A DNA stretch of 34,487 nt. Source: Chlamydiota bacterium (GTDB taxonomy: Bacteria > Chlamydiota > Chlamydiia > Chlamydiales > SM23-39). Positions 27,945 through 34,487 of the stretch are shown piece by piece. Every line of letters begins with the position of its first letter. Positions within the stretch are counted from its first letter, which is position 1. Under the pieces are notes generated by a model. That model searched no databases. It saw nothing but the letters and a program-made list of their open reading frames with translations, and had not been told where the DNA came from. The position numbers and the translations under genes were made by a program. Location: NCBI GenBank assembly GCA_050049995.1, contig JASFVE010000009.1, positions 1 through 34,487 on the forward strand. Reading direction: 5' to 3'.

Positions 27945-29026
27945 ATATATTGCATTTAGAAGCCTCTACTGGATGGGGTGGTCAAGAAATCAGAATTTTA
28001 AAGGAAGCTATTGGCATGCGCCAAAAAGGCCATACTATAGTTTTTGTTATCGCAAAAGGAGGGATTCTAGCCAAAAAAGCTCGAGAAAATAATTTTCAAG
28101 TATATGAACTATTTTTTGCTAAAAAATATTGGCTATTTACTCTTTTCGCTCTTTTTAATATTTGCAAAAAAGAAAAAATCCAGCTTGTAAACACCCATTC
28201 GTCTTTAGATGCCTGGATAGGAGGCATAGCGGCAAAACTTTTGAGACTTCCTGTTGTTAGAACGAGACACTTATCGGCTAAAGTAAAAAAAGGCTTAAAT
28301 AGCAGAATCATTTACAACTATTTAGCCGATTTTGTTGTTACCACCTGCACAAAGATTGTACCAATCTTGTCTGAGCAGTCTAAAAAAAACCTTTCCTATT
28401 TTAAGTCGATACCTACAGGCATCGAGCCTAGTAGAGTATCTTATCAGGAAAACGATGCTCTTTCATTTCGGGAGAAATATCACGTTGCTAAAGATGATAT
28501 TTTAATTGGCATGGTTTGTTTTATGCGCTCTTGGAAGGGGATTGAAGATTTTTTTGGAGCAGCTAAAATCCTTAAAAATCATAAAAATCTAAAGTGGATG
28601 ATAATAGGAAAAGGGCATAGTGAAACATACATTAGAAAAGCCAAAGAAATGCAGCTGGAAGGTCAAATTATTTTCACAGGGCATTTAGATGATCCATTTA
28701 CTGCAATAGGTGCTCTGGATATTTTCACTTTGCTAAGTACTGCTAATGAAGGCGTTTCGCAAGCCTCTTTACAAGCAGCGTTCTTAAAAAAGCCCCTTAT
28801 TACAACCTCCACAGGAGGGCTTTGTGAAGTATGTCTTAACAATAAAACTGGTATTATAGTGCCTACTCATAGTCCAGACAAAGTAGCTGAGGCTGTCTTA
28901 CAGTTAACTAATGGATCTCTTCGTAAGGAATATGGAGAAAATGCCCATAACTTAGTTAAAAAGCAGTTCTACTTTGAGAAAACCATCAATGACATGGAAA
29001 AGGTATATGCCAAACTAGTGTCTTAA
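27941..29026 (+). CDS. GT4-family glycosyltransferase (LPS/envelope)
   Basis: GWGGQEIR, NTHSSLD, RTRH, RSWKG, EGVSQASLQA, GGLCE; ATGA overlap with mutY. Confidence 0.92.
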   Translation: MNILHLEASTGWGGQEIRILKEAIGMRQKGHTIVFVIAKGGILAKKARENNFQVYELFFAKKYWLFTLFALFNICKKEKIQLVNTHSSLDAWIGGIAAKLLRLPVVRTRHLSAKVKKGLNSRIIYNYLADFVVTTCTKIVPILSEQSKKNLSYFKSIPTGIEPSRVSYQENDALSFREKYHVAKDDILIGMVCFMRSWKGIEDFFGAAKILKNHKNLKWMIIGKGHSETYIRKAKEMQLEGQIIFTGHLDDPFTAIGALDIFTLLSTANEGVSQASLQAAFLKKPLITTSTGGLCEVCLNNKTGIIVPTHSPDKVAEAVLQLTNGSLRKEYGENAHNLVKKQFYFEKTINDMEKVYAKLVS

Positions 29027-29125
29027 TCCAGTTTCTTCCTTTTTTTAAACTATGTCTAATAAACTCTTACTCTAAATTTTTAATAAAAGTAAAATATTCG
29101 GGTTTTAATTTAAAAAAGGTTTTTT

Positions 29126-29524
29126 ATGTCTTCAATTACAAGTTATCTCATAAGTACAGTTTCAGCTTTGCGCAATCCTCGAGGGGCAGAAGAAATGGTA
29201 AAAGAAAAAAAAGTTGTAGTTGCAAACCCTTGCTTGACAGTTCCTGCCCAAGTTGCTTTTATGAGTGCAATTCCATTAGCCATTGTAGAAACCACTTTTA
29301 GTGGCCTTGCTAAGATGTTTGCAACGCGCCTGCCAATTAATCAACAGCAGCACGTTATAAATGAATGGTTTGATAGTAGTTCCTTTTCTGTTATCTGGGC
29401 TGTTAGAAGCTCAGTAGTTAATCTTTTTCATGGCTATTTGCCAGATAATGAAAAGCTAGCTATTAAGCTTTTTAGAAGGGAAACAATGCCTGCAGAGTAT
29501 CGTAGAGTATTCAGTGATATCTAA
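29126..29524 (+). CDS. Hypothetical protein
   Basis: 132 aa ORF filling the gap; AAGG RBS; Ser/Thr-rich N-terminus; moderately hydrophobic centre. Confidence 0.65.
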   Translation: MSSITSYLISTVSALRNPRGAEEMVKEKKVVVANPCLTVPAQVAFMSAIPLAIVETTFSGLAKMFATRLPINQQQHVINEWFDSSSFSVIWAVRSSVVNLFHGYLPDNEKLAIKLFRRETMPAEYRRVFSDI

Positions 29525-29551
29525 CCCTTTTTTTAATATGGCAAAGAGCTG

Positions 29552-30364
29552 TTAGTTTTTTTTGAAATAATTTTCTGCAAAAACCGCCATGCTCTTTTTT
29601 AGAAAATCTAAAAGAGATTTGCCGCTTTCTATTTTTATATTAGGGGGACAGTCGCAGAGTTGGTCCCTAATTACAAAATAAGTTTTTTTTGATTCTGTCT
29701 TTGGATAAATTATTTGTAGAATTTCCCACTGTTTTTTCATCAACTCTTGTACTTCGTCAGAGTCTTCTTTTAGGTTTTCTTCAATGGCATGGTTGAGTTT
29801 TTTTAAAAAAAGGCCATATTCTCTTCCGTAATTCTGTGCTTTAACTAAGTTCACTTCACTAGCTTTTTCCTTAAAGGCATTATAATATTTTTCGCCTGCT
29901 TGCAATAAGTTGTTTTCAAATTGTTTTGCTGTCTTATCTAAATAGGCTTTATCAAAATATTCTACATATTCTTGTTTGCTTTTAAAATTTTCAAAGTATG
30001 TTGATATATCTTGCGTAATATCCATATTAGTTCCTTCTTTATAATAGTTTATCATTGATTCAAGCATTTTAAGGATTTTTCTTAACCGCTCTTGTTCTTT
30101 TGTTAAAATTTTCTTTTGAGTTGTAAGAGCTCTGAGTTTATCAACTGGTTTCTTACATAAAATGGATTTAATTTTTTTCAGGCTAAAACCGAATTCTTTG
30201 AAAGAGAGTATTTGTACTAAAAGGAGTAATTCATTGATTCCATAATAGCGCCGCCCATTAGCCATCCGGATGCTGGGAACTAGAAGACTAATTTCATCAT
30301 AATAACGAAGTGTGCGAACACTTACTTTAGAAGCATTTGCCAATTGTTGTATTGTATACTCCAT
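29552..30364 (-). CDS. MerR-family transcriptional regulator, TipA/Mta-like
   Basis: YTIQQLANASKVSVRTLRYYDEISLLVP...NGRRYY, GFSLKKIK; C-terminal TipAS-like segment DSDEVQELMKKQW. Confidence 0.92.
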   Translation of the reverse strand: MEYTIQQLANASKVSVRTLRYYDEISLLVPSIRMANGRRYYGINELLLLVQILSFKEFGFSLKKIKSILCKKPVDKLRALTTQKKILTKEQERLRKILKMLESMINYYKEGTNMDITQDISTYFENFKSKQEYVEYFDKAYLDKTAKQFENNLLQAGEKYYNAFKEKASEVNLVKAQNYGREYGLFLKKLNHAIEENLKEDSDEVQELMKKQWEILQIIYPKTESKKTYFVIRDQLCDCPPNIKIESGKSLLDFLKKSMAVFAENYFKKN

Positions 30365-30394
30365 AAGTTTCTCGAATTATTTTCTGATAGTAAT

Positions 30395-30425
30395 ATCATA
30401 AAATATTCCGTAGTGTCACATACAA
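30395..30425 (-). promoter_or_regulatory. MerR-type promoter with 19-bp spacer upstream of the MerR gene
   Basis: Minus strand TTGTAT-GTGACACTACGGAATATTT-TATGAT; the spacer is exactly 19 nt and contains an imperfect dyad (TGACACTACGGAA). Confidence 0.6.
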
Positions 30426-30479
30426 CAACAAAATGCAAATGATGTTGTGAGACTCAAAAAATGCAATTTGCGAAATTAC

Positions 30480-32657
30480 TTATTTATTCTCGAGCTTATT
30501 TTTTATCTTATAATAAAAAGGAGCTGAGTATTTTATGCCAATTAATCCAGCGGAACTAAGGCGAGGTAACTTTTTAAAAAGATCTCGAGCTTTATTATAA
30601 TTATTAAGTTCTATATAGGCATCAATCACTTCTAATATATAGCTAGGGCTAAAAAGATCTCCGATAAGCTCTTCGGAAAAAATAATTTCTAAAAGATTTT
30701 CACCTTCCTCAAACTCATGTAATTGAGCATATGCTTTAGCAAGTTTCGTTAAAGCATCCATTTTATCTTCTGGAGCACTAAGAATAGAAATAATTTCTTG
30801 AGCTCTTTTTAATAGGTCTTTTGCTGCAGCTTTATGATTTAGCCTAATATAGCTTAATGCAATATCGATTAAATTATTGATTTTAAAATTTTGTGGATAT
30901 TCTGGGCTGTCTTCAAGATTTCTTACTAGCCTTTTAGATTGGAAAGAGCCTTCGTTATTACTAAATTCTTTAGCTCTATCAACAATAGATTTAAGTTCTA
31001 AAACGGGTGCATTTAAATCCGAAATGGATTCAATAGCTTCTGTTAGTAGTGTATTAGCTTTGGGTAAGTTTCCCCGTTGTTCATAAACTTTAGCAAGTTC
31101 AATAAAGGTCATTATTTTTGAATTTTTACAGCGTGCTTTAGCTTGAGAGTCCTTGCAATTTTGTATAAGCTGTTCAGCTTCGGAATTTCTAGAAGGGTTG
31201 CTAGACAAGGGCTCTCTAACTGGAAACAAAGCGTAAGCAAAATCTTCAACTTCAGATAGAATATCTTCAGCCTTGTCTAGGTTATTTAGACTAAAGTGCA
31301 ATTTAGCAAGGTTAATTTTTGCAAGGAAAGATTCAAACTCGCCGTAATGATAAGAGTTATGCTCTTGTGGGTATTCCTTATAAAAATAATCGACTGCCTC
31401 TTCAATTTCTTGGAGCATTGTTTGTGCTAAGGGAATATTTCCCAAATCGATTTGAAGTTTGGCAGCATCTGTCAAAAGATCAATTTGGTATAATTTTATG
31501 CGAGAGGAACTATGCACGTCATAAAGCGTTTTAATTTCAGATGCTTTTTGCATTGCTTCTTGTACAACTTCCGCGGCTTTTGCTGGGTTGTATTGCATAT
31601 ATAGTTTTGCTATGTCAAATAGGCTAGTACAGACATCAGGTTTAGATATAAAGTGATCATCAAAGACAAAAGCCAAACTTCTAGCTGCTTGCAAAAGATG
31701 TTCAGCTTTTTCATAGTTTTTTTGAGTAATGCTATTTTGTATCTCTTTTTTAAGAGCATCAAAAACGGGATGTAATAGATAGCTTCTTAAATGAGTTTCA
31801 TCAACAGTTCTTTTAGAGTCTCTAGCTTCTAGAAAAATAGCTGTTAATGCAGCGTACATGCCAACTTCAGCAAAATCTTTAACTAAGTCAGTCAAAGCGC
31901 TGACTCGCAGGAGAGTATTTTTACAGGAAAGAATAGCGTTAGTAGCTTCCTGAAAAAACAGGGTAGCCTTAGCTAAATCTCCTTGTTTGGCATATGCTTT
32001 AGCAATAAAACTTAAAATATTAGCATTTTTAATTTCAGCATCCCTTTCCCATTTAGGAAGCATCCTCTCAAGAAAATATGCGCACCTCATTATAAAATCA
32101 TTATCAAACGAAGGGTATTTTTTGAGTTGGTCTATTAAAGGTCTACCAGTTGATTTAAGTAGTTCTTGAGCAGAAAAACGGCGAGCTATACGGATGTCTC
32201 TAGCTTTTTTAAAAAGCACTAAAGCTTTGTCAAAATTCCCAATTTGTATATGGACTTTGGCTAATGAAATATAAGAACCTGATCGAAACTGAGGAGCTGA
32301 ATTGATAATACTTTCTGCGTTTACTAGAAACTGGGTTGCAAGCCTCGTATCTCCAACGAAAGCATGATCGATGGCTAGAGAATACAGTTCCCTTACTTTT
32401 TTTTCTATACCCCCAATGTAGGAGATAGCATCCTTTGCTACCTCAAGTACTTGCATTGCTTTTTCGTGAAACCTTGAACTTTTATCTGTGCTTATGACCT
32501 CATAAGCTCTTTGAGAAAGTGTATAAAGTCGAAAGGCCGCGTGAGGATCAGAATGCTCAGCAATTAAATCAACGATAGATTCTGGAGTAGATTGTAAATA
32601 AGAAGACTTGGGAGTGACTACATTATTATTAACAGCATTAGTAGAATTAATTGACAT
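30480..32657 (-). CDS. TPR-like repeat protein with an F-box-like N-terminal motif; candidate effector
   Basis: 725 aa; N-terminus MSINSTNAVNNNVVTPKSS, then LQSTPESIVDLIAEHSDPHAAFRLYTLSQRAY, then many (L/I)AKxY...G..xKA..L..A repeats, some of 40 aa. Confidence 0.8.
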   Translation of the reverse strand: MSINSTNAVNNNVVTPKSSYLQSTPESIVDLIAEHSDPHAAFRLYTLSQRAYEVISTDKSSRFHEKAMQVLEVAKDAISYIGGIEKKVRELYSLAIDHAFVGDTRLATQFLVNAESIINSAPQFRSGSYISLAKVHIQIGNFDKALVLFKKARDIRIARRFSAQELLKSTGRPLIDQLKKYPSFDNDFIMRCAYFLERMLPKWERDAEIKNANILSFIAKAYAKQGDLAKATLFFQEATNAILSCKNTLLRVSALTDLVKDFAEVGMYAALTAIFLEARDSKRTVDETHLRSYLLHPVFDALKKEIQNSITQKNYEKAEHLLQAARSLAFVFDDHFISKPDVCTSLFDIAKLYMQYNPAKAAEVVQEAMQKASEIKTLYDVHSSSRIKLYQIDLLTDAAKLQIDLGNIPLAQTMLQEIEEAVDYFYKEYPQEHNSYHYGEFESFLAKINLAKLHFSLNNLDKAEDILSEVEDFAYALFPVREPLSSNPSRNSEAEQLIQNCKDSQAKARCKNSKIMTFIELAKVYEQRGNLPKANTLLTEAIESISDLNAPVLELKSIVDRAKEFSNNEGSFQSKRLVRNLEDSPEYPQNFKINNLIDIALSYIRLNHKAAAKDLLKRAQEIISILSAPEDKMDALTKLAKAYAQLHEFEEGENLLEIIFSEELIGDLFSPSYILEVIDAYIELNNYNKARDLFKKLPRLSSAGLIGIKYSAPFYYKIKNKLENK

Positions 32658-32863
32658 GATATTAACTACTTTAAATTTTGGAACGAAGGATTCTATCGTT
32701 AATTTATTTAATTCAAAAGGTTTTATTTTTGATTAAAGCATTCAGCTCATTCAGGTAAATTTCACAGCTTTAACCAATAAATATTTAAGGTTGTCAATAT
32801 TTCAAAATGACTGCAAAATTCTCAAAAGAAGAACCTACTAACATTTTCAATTGAGGGGAAAAA

Positions 32864-33490
32864 ATGGAGCTTAAAAGCAATAGATTCATCCAAATTTTAA
32901 AGCGCCATTGGAGTACTATACTCGCAGGGCTAGTTTTAATATCTGTGCTTTTCTATAGGCAGGCTACCAATAAAAAAAGGACAGAACAAGATCTATTATT
33001 AAAAGACTCCATTTATGCTAAGTGGGAAAAGAATCCCTCAGATGAGGGCAACTTTCAAGAATTGGAAAAGCTGTTAAAGCGGAATGAATCTCTCCATCAT
33101 GTCTATGGCAGTCTGATTGCTCAAAAACTTCTTGAGATGCAAAAGGTAGACAAAGCTTATGAGTTTTCTAAAAAGCCACTGGAAAACCTAAAAGAAATCT
33201 CTTCCGAGTATGCTGAGTTTGTAGAAACTTCCTTGCTTATTTCTCAAAATAAATTAAAGGATGCCTTGACGCGATCTTATGAACTTGATGAAAAGATTAC
33301 TGATTTTACGAAACTAAAATTTTACAATCTTCTTCGTATTTCTCTAATAGAAAAGAGCTTAAGCCATAAAACAGAAGAACTTAAAGTGTTAAATCGCTTA
33401 AGCACTATGCTTGAAAATAAAGAATTTTTAGAAGAAGTGCAAACATATGCAGACTACATTTCTTCTAGGAAAAAAACCTTATCTCATTAA
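32864..33490 (+). CDS. Hypothetical membrane-anchored helical protein (YfgM-like layout)
   Basis: GAGGGG RBS; single N-terminal TM followed by an all-helical charged domain. Confidence 0.7.
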   Translation: MELKSNRFIQILKRHWSTILAGLVLISVLFYRQATNKKRTEQDLLLKDSIYAKWEKNPSDEGNFQELEKLLKRNESLHHVYGSLIAQKLLEMQKVDKAYEFSKKPLENLKEISSEYAEFVETSLLISQNKLKDALTRSYELDEKITDFTKLKFYNLLRISLIEKSLSHKTEELKVLNRLSTMLENKEFLEEVQTYADYISSRKKTLSH

Positions 33491-33888
33491 CTTTCAGTAG
33501 GTCCTTTATTATCATGCAGGTGATGTGATGATCCTGCAATAAGTCCCATTAAAGCAAACAATACAAAAGGAACAAAGAGAGCTACAACGATCCTTACAAT
33601 CCCAATGATGATTTGTGTCGCTTTTTCCTGCTTTTTAAGCATTCCATAGTACTTGCCAAGTACTTTATTAATCTGTTCAGGAAAGATTACGGCTACTATA
33701 GCCCCTACACCTGCAAAAAGAATGCTTAAGCCTGCTCCAATAAAAAAGTCAAATAAACTGGATATTGTAGCAATCAAGACGGCAAGTGCAGCAAAAATTT
33801 CGTTGGTGTACTTTTTCCCAAAGTCTTCTAACTCTTTGAAAGACATGCCTTCTTTAGGTTTTTCTGTTGGTTGTTTGTTTTCGTCCAT
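33487..33888 (-). CDS. Hypothetical membrane protein
   Basis: AAGGGGG RBS; 133 aa with 3-4 hydrophobic segments. Confidence 0.75.
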   Translation of the reverse strand: MDENKQPTEKPKEGMSFKELEDFGKKYTNEIFAALAVLIATISSLFDFFIGAGLSILFAGVGAIVAVIFPEQINKVLGKYYGMLKKQEKATQIIIGIVRIVVALFVPFVLFALMGLIAGSSHHLHDNKGPTES

Positions 33889-34043
33889 TTTGCCCCCTTA
33901 TGGAAAATTACCCCAATTTAGGTAATACTCCCTTTATTAATATTAAAATAATAATTTTAATTTTTTGCAAACGCCTCTTTTCTTTATTTTTTTTTATAAA
34001 TTTTCTTAAACTAAGCCTCTTCAAACCTAACTACAATTGTTTA

Positions 34044-34487
34044 ATGTTAAATTCGAGTTATGAATTTGATAGGCAGAAAAAAAGAATAAGATCGTTTTGC
34101 TTCCTGATTCTAAGTATCTTACCATTATGGGGGTTATTTTTTTTAGAGGAAAGAAAAGTTTGCTTCGATCGCTTTGAATATGCATACCAAAAAAAATCAG
34201 ACAAAATAGAGGAGCCATCCATCTATATTGAGAAAAAACAGCTTAAGATGGATAAGCTGAAGGATTTAAAAGTATTTTATTTGAAAAAAAGACCAGATAG
34301 GGGAAAAGGAAAAACTTATCTTATTGAGGAGGTAACTGGAGTATTTCCTCTTGAATTGCCTTCAAAGTTTTACATTAACTTTACCCCTTTTCCTAAACTA
34401 GGTTATCAGCCGTCTGACTATGAATTAGAAATTTCTCAGAATAATGATGGTTTTATGGCCCTACAAAAATTCAATAAAGATGCCTTT
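34044..34487 (+). CDS. Hypothetical membrane-anchored protein, 3' end outside the window
   Basis: Not in the ORF track; manual translation from ATG 34044 (MLNSSYEFDRQKKRIRSFCFLILSILPLWGLFFLEERK...) stays open for 148 codons to the window end, with one TM segment. Confidence 0.65.
   Translation, partial: MLNSSYEFDRQKKRIRSFCFLILSILPLWGLFFLEERKVCFDRFEYAYQKKSDKIEEPSIYIEKKQLKMDKLKDLKVFYLKKRPDRGKGKTYLIEEVTGVFPLELPSKFYINFTPFPKLGYQPSDYELEISQNNDGFMALQKFNKDAF

Noticed and set aside
1885..33925. Remaining 60-101 aa ORFs nested in or antisense to long genes
   Set aside because: No recognisable motifs; expected by chance opposite real genes.
34027..34218. Minus-strand 63-aa ORF
   Set aside because: Antisense to a longer plus-strand frame open from 34044 to the window end.

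Overview
AT-rich bacterial chromosome segment, almost certainly from an environmental member of the Chlamydiae. The evidence is two MOMP-like porin genes, a chlamydial-type sigma-66 rpoD, and thrS directly followed by a plasmid-Pgp5-like ParA. The housekeeping backbone is parA (partial), thrS, an outer-membrane beta-barrel, an LplT/Aas-like MFS transporter, recC-recB-recD, rpsT, rpoD, tRNA-Ala(GGC), aspC/tyrB-mreC, two TagB/TagF-like transferases, mutY and a GT4 glycosyltransferase. Three accessory patches interrupt it: two small double-hydrophobic ORFs (4.2-4.9 kb), two paralogous helical-repeat genes between rpoD and the tRNA 3' end (18.3-22.3 kb), and an orphan / MerR-TipA regulator / TPR gene block (29.1-32.7 kb). 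The most notable signals are: (1) three genes with a degenerate F-box-like N-terminus plus 33/40-aa helical repeats, candidate host-ubiquitination effectors; (2) a TipA-like MerR gene with a 19-bp-spacer promoter and an internal RBS+ATG, suggesting a second short protein; (3) a hairpin just upstream of thrS whose loop carries CUUGUAA, the tRNA-Thr(UGU) anticodon-loop sequence; (4) tandem TagF-like enzymes with a non-canonical HGxSDK motif. I saw no CRISPR array, integrase or transposase. All calls come from reading motifs by eye; no searches or folding programs were run.
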